Shown here in pieces: positions 10,902-19,525 of a stretch of 64,000 bases of DNA (position 1 is the first letter of the stretch; each line of letters starts with the position of its first letter). The position numbers and the translations under genes were made by a program. Under the pieces are notes generated by a model, which was given only the letters and a program-made list of their open reading frames with translations, had not been told where the DNA came from and did not search any database. The stretch comes from Hyphomicrobiaceae bacterium (GTDB taxonomy: Bacteria > Pseudomonadota > Alphaproteobacteria > Rhizobiales > Hyphomicrobiaceae): NCBI GenBank assembly GCA_030655135.1, contig JAURWC010000042.1:128553-192552 (forward strand), given 5' to 3'.

Positions 10902-11318
10902 TTACGGCAGCAACCAGGGATTCAATGTCCGCACGCCTGTTCTCTCGAAATCCTTGATGTTTCCGGTCACCACTGTGAGGTCATGGACCAGAGCTGTCGA
11001 CGCGATCAGCGCGTCCTCTCTGCCCATCGGATAGGGGACGTGCAAGCCTGCGGCTTTTGTGGCGATCGCTGTATCAACCGGCAGAATGCGACCGGCAAAC
11101 ATGGGCCACACTGTATCGACCAGCCACCGGCGATAAACAGCACCCTGAGCTGCATTCCGATGCTCAATAAGCTGGATGCCATACTCGAGTTCGAAAACCG
11201 TTATCGCGCTGAGCAACTGGCTTTCGATGGCAATTTCCGCGGCCCACGACCAAACGTTTTCGTTGTTGGATCGGCGTGCGCGCAGCGCGGTGACAACATT
11301 GGTGTCTAATAAGTACAT
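10902..11318 (-). CDS. vapC: PIN-domain toxin, VapC/FitB-like ribonuclease
   Basis: 138 aa. N-terminal MYLLDTNV with conserved acidic residues and a C-terminal ...VVTGNIKDF... typical of PIN toxins. Start overlaps the stop of the upstream antitoxin gene. Confidence 0.85.
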   Translation of the reverse strand: MYLLDTNVVTALRARRSNNENVWSWAAEIAIESQLLSAITVFELEYGIQLIEHRNAAQGAVYRRWLVDTVWPMFAGRILPVDTAIATKAAGLHVPYPMGREDALIASTALVHDLTVVTGNIKDFERTGVRTLNPWLLP

Positions 11319-11593
11319 CAGGCAAGGTCAGGGATGCGCGGAGGTTCGTTCCTCGGCCACTCTGGCAATTCAATATCGAAGTCCGGAGCGTCCTTCTGCT
11401 CCAGCGCCTCTGCCAGCGACATCGATTTGCCCTTCAGCCGTTGATATTCCTCGATCGTGAGCAGGACATGGGCTGGCTTGCCACGGTCCGTGATGAAGAC
11501 GGGGCCTTTTTCCGCCGCCCTTTTGGCAGCGCTCGTGTTTTGATTGAATTCGCGGCTCGATAAAGTCGTCGGAATGCGCGAGAGAATATTCAT
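11318..11593 (-). CDS. Phd/YefM-type antitoxin
   Basis: ...LSSREFNQNTSAAKRAAEKGPVFITDRGKPAHVLLTIEEYQRL... is a Phd/YefM-like N-domain. Start set at the internal ATG preceded by GGAGG (ORF-track start 11617 is an upstream alternative). Overlaps vapC. Confidence 0.75.
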   Translation of the reverse strand: MNILSRIPTTLSSREFNQNTSAAKRAAEKGPVFITDRGKPAHVLLTIEEYQRLKGKSMSLAEALEQKDAPDFDIELPEWPRNEPPRIPDLA

Positions 11594-11928
11594 TTGTACA
11601 CCTCCATTTGTAGCCACGTTACTACATTAGCTATGAGCGGGCAACTTGCGGACTGCCCCCCTTCTCGCTGTAGCACTTGCCGCCGCCTCGAATTCCGGTA
11701 TAACCCCGCCATCACCCGCTCCGGTTGGAAGCTGAACGGGGCCGCGGCAACGCGGCAGGACGCCTAGACTTTGGCGATCCGTCCCCCGGTGTTTCCGCTC
11801 TTTGGGTGCCTGTGGGCCTTCCGGGTCCATAAGGGGCTATGCGCCGGAGTGGTAAGTGAGACGCGGCAATCGCCAGGGCTTAGCGGCTCTGGCCAAGCGC
11901 GTTCAACTCGAGCAAGAAGGGCCAACGC

Positions 11929-12573
11929 ATGCCGTTATACGAGCATGTCTTCCTGGCGCGCCAGGACGTCTCCAACCAGCAGGTCGAGACGCTCACGAAA
12001 GAATTCTCCGACATCATCACCGAAGGTGGTGGCAAGATCCATAAGTCGGAATACTGGGGCCTGAAGGGCCTCGCCTTCAAAATCAAGAAGAGCCGTAAGG
12101 CGCACTATTCGTTGCTCAACATCGAAAGCCCGCCCGCAGCGGTGGCCGAGATGGAGCGCCGCATGGGGCTTTCCACCGACATCATCCGCTTCATTACCAT
12201 CAAGGTCGAAGCGCACGAGGCTGAGCCCAGCATCCAGATGCGCAAGCAGGATCGCGACGAGCGTGGCGACCGCGGTGATCGCGGCGGCTTCCGTGGCGGC
12301 GATCGCGGCGGCTTCCGTGGTGGCGATCGTGGCGGCTTCCGCGGTGGCGACCGCGGCGGTTCGGGCGGTGGTGGCTTCCGTGGCGACCGCGAAGGTGGCG
12401 GTGGCGGCGGCGGTGCCGAAGGTGGCGCCTCGACGTTCCGTTCGCGTCCCCCGTCTTCTGGTGGCGGCTTCCGTGACGGTGGCGCAGGCGCAGGTGCTGG
12501 TGGCGATCGCGGACCGCGTCCGCCCCGTCCCCCGCGTGACAGCAATCCCGGTACCGGTTCGGAGGGCGCATAA
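11929..12573 (+). CDS. rpsF: 30S ribosomal protein S6 with a roughly 110-aa Arg/Gly-rich (RGG/FRGG repeat) C-terminal tail
   Basis: S6 N-domain ([15 protein letters not shown]...). rpsF-rpsR-rplI context. Tail: [33 protein letters not shown]... Confidence 0.9.
   Translation: MPLYEHVFLARQDVSNQQVETLTKEFSDIITEGGGKIHKSEYWGLKGLAFKIKKSRKAHYSLLNIESPPAAVAEMERRMGLSTDIIRFITIKVEAHEAEPSIQMRKQDRDERGDRGDRGGFRGGDRGGFRGGDRGGFRGGDRGGSGGGGFRGDREGGGGGGGAEGGASTFRSRPPSSGGGFRDGGAGAGAGGDRGPRPPRPPRDSNPGTGSEGA
12277..12348 (+). repeat. 24-bp in-frame tandem repeat x3 (gatcgcggcggcttccgtggcggc), with degenerate copies on both sides
   Basis: Three consecutive near-identical 24-mers read directly in the sequence, each encoding DRGGFRGG within rpsF. 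Confidence 0.85.
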
Positions 12574-12575
12574 TC

Positions 12576-12824
12576 ATGGCTGAAGTCCAACAGATGGCTG
12601 CACGCCGTCCCTTCCAGCGCCGTCGCAAGACGTGCCCGTTCTCTGGCGATCAGGCACCGAAGATTGACTACAAGGACGTGCGTACGCTCGGCCGTTACGT
12701 GTCGGAGCGCGGCAAGATCGTGCCGTCGCGCATCACCGCCGTGTCGGCCAAGAAGCAGCGCGAGCTGGCTCGTGCCATCAAGCGCGCCCGCTTCCTCGGC
12801 CTGCTGCCATACGTTCTGAAGTAA
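12576..12824 (+). CDS. rpsR: 30S ribosomal protein S18
   Basis: ...[40 protein letters not shown]... Starts 2 nt after the rpsF stop. Confidence 0.95.
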   Translation: MAEVQQMAARRPFQRRRKTCPFSGDQAPKIDYKDVRTLGRYVSERGKIVPSRITAVSAKKQRELARAIKRARFLGLLPYVLK

Positions 12825-12833
12825 AACGAACTC

Positions 12834-12859
12834 CGGCGCCGGGTCTCCCCCCGGCGCCG
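12834..12859 (+). terminator. GC-rich hairpin after rpsR (possible attenuator or weak terminator)
   Basis: 10-bp perfect stem cggcgccggg/cccggcgccg with a 6-nt loop. The T-run comes only about 20 nt later, so termination efficiency is doubtful. Confidence 0.35.
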
Positions 12860-12944
12860 TGCACCTTCTAGTTGGACTTTTTTGGTTGGGACAGGGGCAT
12901 CGGCCCGACTGCCCTAACCGCGGCAACGCGGGACAGCTCATTTC

Positions 12945-13898
12945 ATGCGCAACGCATATCTCATCGCTGCAGGCGCCGGCTTCGTGTCGGCCTTGGCCTT
13001 CGTGTCGGCGATGATGGGTTCGCCCTTCACCTCATTCTTCCTGTTCCTCATCGCGGCACTGCCGATCTTCATTGCCGGCATCGGCTGGACGTGGGCTGCC
13101 GCCCTGCTCGCCACGGCTGTTGGCTCGCTGTTGCTGGTCGGCATGGGCGCGAAGGATGCAGCGATGGTCTATGCCGGCACGCTCGGCATGCCCGCGATCC
13201 TGCTGACGCAGCTGGCGGAGCAATATCGCGACCAACCCGACGGCCGCGGCGGCACAGAAAAGTATTGGGCGCCGCCCGGGCTATTGGTGCTGCTGGCGGC
13301 CCTGCTCGCCAGCCTCATCTCAGTGGCGCTCGTCTCGGCGCTGCACGACAACCTTCCCGCTGTGCGCGAGGAGGTCGGCAAGCTCATCAAGAATACGCCG
13401 CAGATCTCGGGAAACCAGGATCTGACGGCCGCACAAATTACACAGATCACCGACATCGTCGTGTTCATGGTACCGGCGGCGGCGGCCATGGTGCCGATGA
13501 TCGCTTCGTTGCTGAACCTCTGGCTTGCCGGGCGCATCACGCTTGCCTCTGGCCAGTTACGCCGTCCCTGGCCCGACATCCCTTCGATGCGTTTTCCCCG
13601 CGGCACACCGCTGGTTCTCGCCGCTGCGGCAGCCGCGAGTGCATCTTTGGACGGCGTAGCCGGCATGGTCGCGATCGCCGTATTCGGCGCGTTCTTCATC
13701 GCCTATCTGCTTCTCGGGCTTGCCGTCATCCACTACCTGACGCGTGGCAAAAGCTGGCGGCCGTTCGCGCTCTCGACCGTCTATATCGGGCTGTTCCTCG
13801 TCAATATCTGGCTCGCCATACCCATCATTCTGCTGGGCCTGGTCGACACCGTCTTTGCGCTGCGCGGGCCACCTCCAGCCGGCAGCGGCCCCACGTAA
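12945..13898 (+). CDS. Polytopic inner-membrane protein (DUF2232-like, from memory of this conserved position)
   Basis: 317 aa with multiple hydrophobic helices. A membrane-protein gene between rpsR and rplI is a conserved feature of Rhizobiales-type genomes. Confidence 0.7.
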   Translation: MRNAYLIAAGAGFVSALAFVSAMMGSPFTSFFLFLIAALPIFIAGIGWTWAAALLATAVGSLLLVGMGAKDAAMVYAGTLGMPAILLTQLAEQYRDQPDGRGGTEKYWAPPGLLVLLAALLASLISVALVSALHDNLPAVREEVGKLIKNTPQISGNQDLTAAQITQITDIVVFMVPAAAAMVPMIASLLNLWLAGRITLASGQLRRPWPDIPSMRFPRGTPLVLAAAAAASASLDGVAGMVAIAVFGAFFIAYLLLGLAVIHYLTRGKSWRPFALSTVYIGLFLVNIWLAIPIILLGLVDTVFALRGPPPAGSGPT

Positions 13899-13945
13899 CG
13901 TCAACACATCAACGTCATTCACAGATCGAAGAAAGGAACTATCAC

Positions 13946-14533
13946 ATGCAGGTCATTCTCTTGCAGCGCATCGGCCGCCTCGGCCAGATGGGCGACGTCG
14001 TCACCGTCAAGGACGGTTATGCACGCAACTTCTTGCTGCCGCAGAAGAAGGCGCTGCGCGCCACTGAAAACAACCGCAAGCAGTTCGAGAGCCAGCGCGC
14101 GCAGCTTGAAGCCGACAACCTGGCCCACAAGTCCGAGGCTGACGGCGTTGCCAAGAAGCTCGAAAACCAGACGTTCACCGCAATCCGCACTGCAGGTGAC
14201 ACCGGCCAGCTGTACGGCTCCGTCTCGCCCCGTGACATCGCTGAAGTCGTCACCGCGGGTGGCTTCACGATCAACCGCAACCAAGTCGTTCTCGACAAGC
14301 CGATCAAGACGCTGGGCCTGCACGACGTCAGGGTCGCACTGCATCCCGAAGTCGTCGTGAAGGTCGTGCTCAACGTCGCCCGTTCGGAAGACGAAGCCAA
14401 GCGCCAGGCGAAGGGCGAGGACGTCACGATGGTTCGTGAAGAGAAAATGGAACTCGAAACGTTTGATCCGGACTCAGCGTTCGAAGACGGCGGCCGCGAG
14501 GAAGCGCCGGCCGGCGAAGGCGAACAGGCCTGA
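13946..14533 (+). CDS. rplI: 50S ribosomal protein L9 (acidic C-terminal extension)
   Basis: [39 protein letters not shown]-track start 12872 rejected; the ATG at 13946 is preceded by gaaagga. Confidence 0.9.
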   Translation: MQVILLQRIGRLGQMGDVVTVKDGYARNFLLPQKKALRATENNRKQFESQRAQLEADNLAHKSEADGVAKKLENQTFTAIRTAGDTGQLYGSVSPRDIAEVVTAGGFTINRNQVVLDKPIKTLGLHDVRVALHPEVVVKVVLNVARSEDEAKRQAKGEDVTMVREEKMELETFDPDSAFEDGGREEAPAGEGEQA

Positions 14534-14557
14534 GGCCAGTAAGCGAACTGCCAATTC

Positions 14558-14587
14558 AAAGGCCGGGCCACTGCCCGGCCTTTTTCA
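14558..14587 (+). terminator. Rho-independent terminator shared by convergent rplI and the ABM gene
   Basis: Perfect 11-bp stem aaaggccgggc/gcccggccttt with a 4-nt loop, then TTTTT on the plus strand. The reverse strand has a TTTGAATT tail. Confidence 0.65.
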
Positions 14588-14887
14588 TACCATGCCCGTC
14601 GTGTCGATCAGCGTGTAGGTCAGGATGCGTTTGGAAGCGACCCACGGTTCGATCTGGCTGGCAAAGCGCGCGTAGTGTTCAAGCTCGTGGTGGGCGTTGA
14701 AGGCGGCTTCGCTGTCGAATACCTCGTAGAGCAGGAATGACGCCGGATCGATCGGGTCTTGGCTGACGTCGAACTGCTGGCAACCCGGCTCGTTGGCACG
14801 CGCCTCGGCAGCGTGCGCAATCAGAGCGGCACGCATTTCACTCACCGCTTCCCGCTTGGCCTCGAAAAAAACAGCCACCACGAACAT
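14585..14887 (-). CDS. Antibiotic-biosynthesis-monooxygenase (ABM) domain protein, YgiN-like
   Basis: 100 aa. Beta-alpha-beta ABM pattern (...EPGCQQFDVSQD......LYEVFDSEAAFNAHHELEHY...). Confidence 0.75.
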   Translation of the reverse strand: MFVVAVFFEAKREAVSEMRAALIAHAAEARANEPGCQQFDVSQDPIDPASFLLYEVFDSEAAFNAHHELEHYARFASQIEPWVASKRILTYTLIDTTGMV

Positions 14888-15495
14888 TGAAAAATCCTCC
14901 CGATCCGATCAGCCGCAGCCTCGCGTTAACGGAGCGTAAACAAACCTGCGGCAGCATTTCGTTAACCGTAGCAAATCGCGTCGTAGAGTGGTCCCCGTTC
15001 GTGGATGATTTAGGACAAGGGTATTTGACGTCCTCTCTGAACTCCGTGTCCAACGACACGGGGCGTGTTGCGTTCTGTGGGCCCTACGTGCTTTCGGCCA
15101 TCACGGGCTACCCTATCAGCAAGGTAGAAGCCGCGGTGAACGCCTACCGTAAGCTGCCGCCGGACCTGCGATATCGCGTGAAAGGCACCTACGCCGACGA
15201 GGTGGAGGCAGCGCTAGCCGTCTACGGCTACAACATGACCCTCAAAGAAAGCTTCATGCATAAAGAGCGCAAGCAGCGCCCCACGGTTTGGACCTGGATG
15301 CAGAAGCCACGGAATGCATGGACCCACTACATCCTGGCGATCCACAAGGGTAAGGAAGGCCACTGGATCCTGATCAAGGGCGTGAAGATGTGCGACACCT
15401 TCACCGAAGGCCGGTGGACGTTCGTTTGCGATGGCCCGCACCGCGGCGCGCGCATCATGGAAATCTTCGAAGTTCGCCGCTCGGTCGACGGCTGA
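14887..15495 (+). CDS. Hypothetical protein; possible papain-like (C39-like) Cys/His/Asp fold. True start is probably downstream (GTG about 15001 or TTG about 15025).
   Basis: Long ORF with coding-like codon bias. Motifs AFCGPYVLSAITG ... EGHWILIKGVKMCD. No close family recognised. Confidence 0.4.
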   Translation: MKNPPDPISRSLALTERKQTCGSISLTVANRVVEWSPFVDDLGQGYLTSSLNSVSNDTGRVAFCGPYVLSAITGYPISKVEAAVNAYRKLPPDLRYRVKGTYADEVEAALAVYGYNMTLKESFMHKERKQRPTVWTWMQKPRNAWTHYILAIHKGKEGHWILIKGVKMCDTFTEGRWTFVCDGPHRGARIMEIFEVRRSVDG

Positions 15496-15630
15496 TGCTG
15501 CCGATTGTGCCCATTGCTAACCAACCCATTCAAAACACTGAAGCGGCTTAATTCCGGCCCAAAACAGCGGTGTATGCTGGACTGCTGATGTCCTGTCTGG
15601 GTTGCAGACAACACTCTCTGTGGGCCGAAC

Positions 15631-18351
15631 ATGTTCTCCAACACCCTCGTGCTTCTCATTCTCGCTGCAGTGGCCCTCTGGCTGCGCAATAGCATCAGCG
15701 ATCTCAAGACCAATTTGGCATTGACCGCCGAGCGGCTGCGGCGAACCGAGCAGGATCTGGCGCAATTGAAGCGCGCAGGGACGCCGCCGGCGGCAGAGGC
15801 GCCCAGTGTTGAACCCGTGCCCCCTGAAGCTGAACCTGTCTCGCCGGTCCCGGAAATCCTGCCGCAGGTTCCTGCGACCGAACCCGAGAGCGTTCCCGCA
15901 GCGTCCGTTCCGGAAGTCGTGCCGCAGAACGCCGGTCCCGTGTCCGGCGGGCTGGAAGAACGGCTCGGTACGCGCTGGACCGTACTCGTCGGCGGATTGG
16001 CCTTCGCTATCGGCGCCATTCTCATCGTGCGCCATTCGATCGAGCAAGGCTGGTTTGGGCCGGAAGCGCGCATCTTCTTTGGCGCCCTGCTCGCGTCGGC
16101 TCTGATCGGCGCCGGCGAATGGGCGCGGCGGCATGCCTCGACCTTTGGCCTCAACGCCGTGCCCAGCGCGCACATTCCCAGCGTTCTCACGGCAGCGGGC
16201 ACGGTGGCGGCCTTCGCCACGACATATGCAGCTCATGCGCTTTACGGCTTCATCGGGCCAGGCGCTGCGTTCGTGCTGCTCGGCATCATCGGCGTGGCCA
16301 CGATGCTGGCTGCCGCTCTGCACGGCCCTGCATTGGCGGGCCTGGGTCTTGTGGGTTCGTTCGTGGCGCCGGCATTGGTGACGTCCAACACGCCCAACCC
16401 GTGGCCGCTGGTCATGTACCTGGCCATCGTGGCTGCCTCCGCCTACCTGCTCGCGCGCACACGGCATTGGCTGTGGCTGGCCGCAACGGCGGTCGGCGGC
16501 GTGGCGATCTGGGGGCTGCTGCTCCTGCCGTCAGCCGCATCGGGACCGATGCACGAGCAATGGGCCATCGCCGCCCATGCCATCCTGCAGTTGATGCTTG
16601 CGGCAGGCTTCCTGGCTATCGAACCGCATGCCGGAGGCAGCGACGATGATGCCCATCCGGATTGGATCGCGTCAGCCGCCTTGATCGTGCTGTCGGTATT
16701 GACGATTGCCGTCATGGCCGCGACTGGCCTTGCGTTCGAAGGCTGGCTGCCGATGACGTTCGCGGCGATCGCCGTTCTGTCGGCAACCGCGTGGATGAGC
16801 CCGCGTGCAGCCTCCGCCTCCGTGCTGGCCGGGCTGGTTGCCATCGCCGCGATCATCCTGTGGCCCAACTTGAACGCGCAGCTGTGGACCGACTACGCCA
16901 CCATGCCTCAGTGGAAGCCGCTGGATGTGCCGGCCGGCATTGCAAGTTTCCTGTCATGGGCGGCTGTGCTGAGCGGGGCTGCTGCCATCGCCGCTGCGGC
17001 GCGCCTGTACCGCGGGCGCACCCTTCCGGCCACGACGGCGGCCTTCTATGCGCTGGCTGCGACCGCACCGCCGCTGCTTGCGCTGACGCTGACTTACCTC
17101 CGCGTCACGCAGTTCGATCACTCGGTACGGTTCGCCGTATTCGGTACGGTGCTGGCAGCGATCTACGCGTCCGTTGCCGAGCGGTTCGAGCGCACTGAGG
17201 CTCCCGACTCGCCGATCGCCCCACGGACGGGCACCGGCGCGCTGGCTTCGGCTGCAATTGCAGCGTTCGCCTTTGCGCTCGTCGTGTCGCTGGATCGCGG
17301 TTATCTGACCGTGGCGGTTGCTTTGGCCGCTTTGGGCACCGCTTATCTCGCGGCACTTAAGAATATCCCGCTGTTGCGCTGGGCCGTCGTCGCACTTGGC
17401 ATCGTCGTGCTGGGACGCGTCGCCTGGGATCCCGCCATCATGGGAGAGCACGTCGGCACGTGGCCGATCTTCAACTGGCTGCTGCTTGGCTATGGCGTTC
17501 CCGCAGCCGCGTTCGCGCTTGCTGCCAAAGTCCTGCGCACGCGTGCCGACGATCTTGCCGTGCGGCTGATGGAAAGCCTGGCAGTGCTGTTCCTCGGCCT
17601 GCTCGCGTTCTTCCAGATCCGACATTTCATGAACGGCGGCAATCCTCTGGCCGACGTCTCCGGCCATGTCGAGCAGGGCCTGATGGCATTCGTCGCCCTT
17701 GGCCTGTCCTATGTGATGACGCGCCTGCATATGCGCCGCGCCAGTGTCGTCTTCGATGCGGCTTCGATGATCTTTGGCGGGCTCGCGGTCCTCACCGCCG
17801 TCCTCGGTTTGCTGCTGGCGCAGAACCCGGCGCTGACGGGAGAGGCGGTTGGCGGGCGCATCCTGTTCAGCACGTTGCTTCTCGCCTACTTCCTGCCTGG
17901 CATCATGGCCCTGTTCGTCGCGCGCCATGCTCGCTTCACGCGTCCTGCCTGGTACGCGACGGCCGCCGGCGTGCTGGCGATCGTGCTTATCATCTCGTAC
18001 GTCACGCTTGAGGTTCGGCACGCTTTTCAAGGCGCGAACATCGATTTGGCTTTGCCGACGTCGGACGCGGAGCTGTGGGCCTATTCAGCCGCGTGGCTCA
18101 TGCTGGGGATCGCATTCCTGGCATACGGCATCTGGCGCGGGTCGCGGGAGGCTCGATACGCCTCGGCGGCGCTTGTAACATTGGCCACGCTGAAGGTGTT
18201 CACCTACGACCTCGCGGACGTGGAAGGCATCTGGCGCGCGTTGTCCTTCATCTGCCTCGGCGCCGTTCTGATCGGTATCGGTTTCGTTTATCAGCGCATC
18301 ATTTTTGCGCGACCCGCCGGACCGGCCGATGGGCCAGCGACTGCTATCTGA
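15631..18351 (+). CDS. Large polytopic membrane protein, DUF2339 family
   Basis: 906 aa. N-terminal TM and short coiled coil, a Pro/Glu/Val-rich linker, then about 20 or more hydrophobic helices. Architecture matches DUF2339. Confidence 0.75.
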   Translation: MFSNTLVLLILAAVALWLRNSISDLKTNLALTAERLRRTEQDLAQLKRAGTPPAAEAPSVEPVPPEAEPVSPVPEILPQVPATEPESVPAASVPEVVPQNAGPVSGGLEERLGTRWTVLVGGLAFAIGAILIVRHSIEQGWFGPEARIFFGALLASALIGAGEWARRHASTFGLNAVPSAHIPSVLTAAGTVAAFATTYAAHALYGFIGPGAAFVLLGIIGVATMLAAALHGPALAGLGLVGSFVAPALVTSNTPNPWPLVMYLAIVAASAYLLARTRHWLWLAATAVGGVAIWGLLLLPSAASGPMHEQWAIAAHAILQLMLAAGFLAIEPHAGGSDDDAHPDWIASAALIVLSVLTIAVMAATGLAFEGWLPMTFAAIAVLSATAWMSPRAASASVLAGLVAIAAIILWPNLNAQLWTDYATMPQWKPLDVPAGIASFLSWAAVLSGAAAIAAAARLYRGRTLPATTAAFYALAATAPPLLALTLTYLRVTQFDHSVRFAVFGTVLAAIYASVAERFERTEAPDSPIAPRTGTGALASAAIAAFAFALVVSLDRGYLTVAVALAALGTAYLAALKNIPLLRWAVVALGIVVLGRVAWDPAIMGEHVGTWPIFNWLLLGYGVPAAAFALAAKVLRTRADDLAVRLMESLAVLFLGLLAFFQIRHFMNGGNPLADVSGHVEQGLMAFVALGLSYVMTRLHMRRASVVFDAASMIFGGLAVLTAVLGLLLAQNPALTGEAVGGRILFSTLLLAYFLPGIMALFVARHARFTRPAWYATAAGVLAIVLIISYVTLEVRHAFQGANIDLALPTSDAELWAYSAAWLMLGIAFLAYGIWRGSREARYASAALVTLATLKVFTYDLADVEGIWRALSFICLGAVLIGIGFVYQRIIFARPAGPADGPATAI

Positions 18352-18609
18352 ATGGATGTTCATAAAACGGTTATAAAAGCGTCAAAACAAGCCATTATCG
18401 CAGAATGCGCTTACGCCGCATTTACAGCGCGGCGGGCGCGTCTATAAGTATTCTGGCCGGAAAATAATGTTCGCGGCCATGCTCTCATGACGTTTGAGCA
18501 CCGCGCGGCAGCATAGCCAAATCGCTTGGAATTGTGCGGGCCGCGCCCGGAACGAAGATCATGATCGGCGGTTTAGGCTAACGCCGCGCCGCCGCCTTTT
18601 AGAGACACT

Positions 18610-19470
18610 ATGCAAACCAACAAAAATTCCAAATCGACGATTGGCCAGGCGGCGCGTCCGCGCGCGTCTAACGTGGGCGTCCTGCTGTTACACGGCTTAG
18701 CTGGCACACCCGCAGAGTTGCGTTTTCTCGGCAATCGCCTGTCTGCTAGCGGTTACGCGGTGTCCATGCCGACGTTGCCGGGCCTTGCCGGCAATACCGA
18801 TATCAGCGGCCTATCGACTTGGCCCGACTGGGTGAACGAGGCGCGCAAGGCTTATGACAAGCTGGCGTTGTCGTGTGACCGTATTTATGTCGGAGGTCTT
18901 TCGGCGGGTGCGCTGCTCGCGCTGAAGCTGGCAGCCGAAAAGCCGCAGGGACTGGCCGGCACCATGCTGTTCGCTCCAACGCTGCGCCCGAACGGTTGGT
19001 CGATCCCGTGGACGTTCAAGTTGTTTTACCTCGTCCAGTTTCGCTGGTTCGCGAAGCTGTTCCAGTTCGAAGAGCGCGCGCCCTTCGGGATCAAGGACGA
19101 TCGCATCCGCAACCTCGTGCTAACTGCCCTGCAGAGCGAGCACAGCAGCGATATCTTCCGCATTAATGGTGTGAAGGTGATGGAGATGCTTCGGCTGTCC
19201 CGGTCCGTCGTTCGCGACCTGCCGGCTATCAAGCAACCGTCGATCATCTTCCATCCGCGGGACGACGATCAAAGCGACCTCGACAATTCCGCCGAGTTGC
19301 AGCGCAAGATGGCGGGCCGCGTTGAGTTGTGTGTGCTAGACGATTCCTATCACGTCGTGACACTTGACCGTCAGCGCGGCTATGTTGCCGACCGCACCTG
19401 CAGCTTTATCGAGCGCGATGTCGCGGAAACGGCGGAGAAGGTTCCGTTCGGCGAAAAGGCGATGGTGTAA
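18610..19470 (+). CDS. Alpha/beta-hydrolase (carboxylesterase/lysophospholipase-like)
   Basis: Oxyanion LLLHGLAG, nucleophile elbow GGLSAG, late Asp (PRDDD) and His (DSYHVV). Confidence 0.8.
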   Translation: MQTNKNSKSTIGQAARPRASNVGVLLLHGLAGTPAELRFLGNRLSASGYAVSMPTLPGLAGNTDISGLSTWPDWVNEARKAYDKLALSCDRIYVGGLSAGALLALKLAAEKPQGLAGTMLFAPTLRPNGWSIPWTFKLFYLVQFRWFAKLFQFEERAPFGIKDDRIRNLVLTALQSEHSSDIFRINGVKVMEMLRLSRSVVRDLPAIKQPSIIFHPRDDDQSDLDNSAELQRKMAGRVELCVLDDSYHVVTLDRQRGYVADRTCSFIERDVAETAEKVPFGEKAMV

Positions 19471-19525
19471 CCGGTAGGGCGACCCGCTCCCCGGTCCCGG
19501 GCCCGCGTGGTTGCGTGCTCGAAAC

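Noticed and set aside
11830-11928. Possible S6:S18-binding autoregulatory leader RNA upstream of rpsF, a motif described in many bacteria.
   Set aside because: I could not convincingly fold the conserved structure by eye. It needs a covariance-model search (Rfam rpsF-leader model) before being called.
12277-12348. Tandem 24-bp repeats considered as a possible CRISPR or minisatellite locus.
   Set aside because: The repeats are directly adjacent with no spacers, in frame inside rpsF, and there are no cas genes. This is a coding tandem repeat.
12105-12941. 278-aa Pro/Arg/Ser-rich ORF antisense to rpsF/rpsR.
   Set aside because: Its [16 protein letters not shown] repeats are simply the reverse-complement reading of the RGG-encoding tandem repeat. 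rpsF and rpsR on the plus strand are certain.
12872-14533. 553-aa ORF-track entry suggesting a giant protein ending in L9.
   Set aside because: Only the last 195 aa are L9. The upstream part is an out-of-frame read-through of the membrane-protein gene (12945-13898), with Arg/His-rich nonsense composition. A good ATG with SD lies at 13946.
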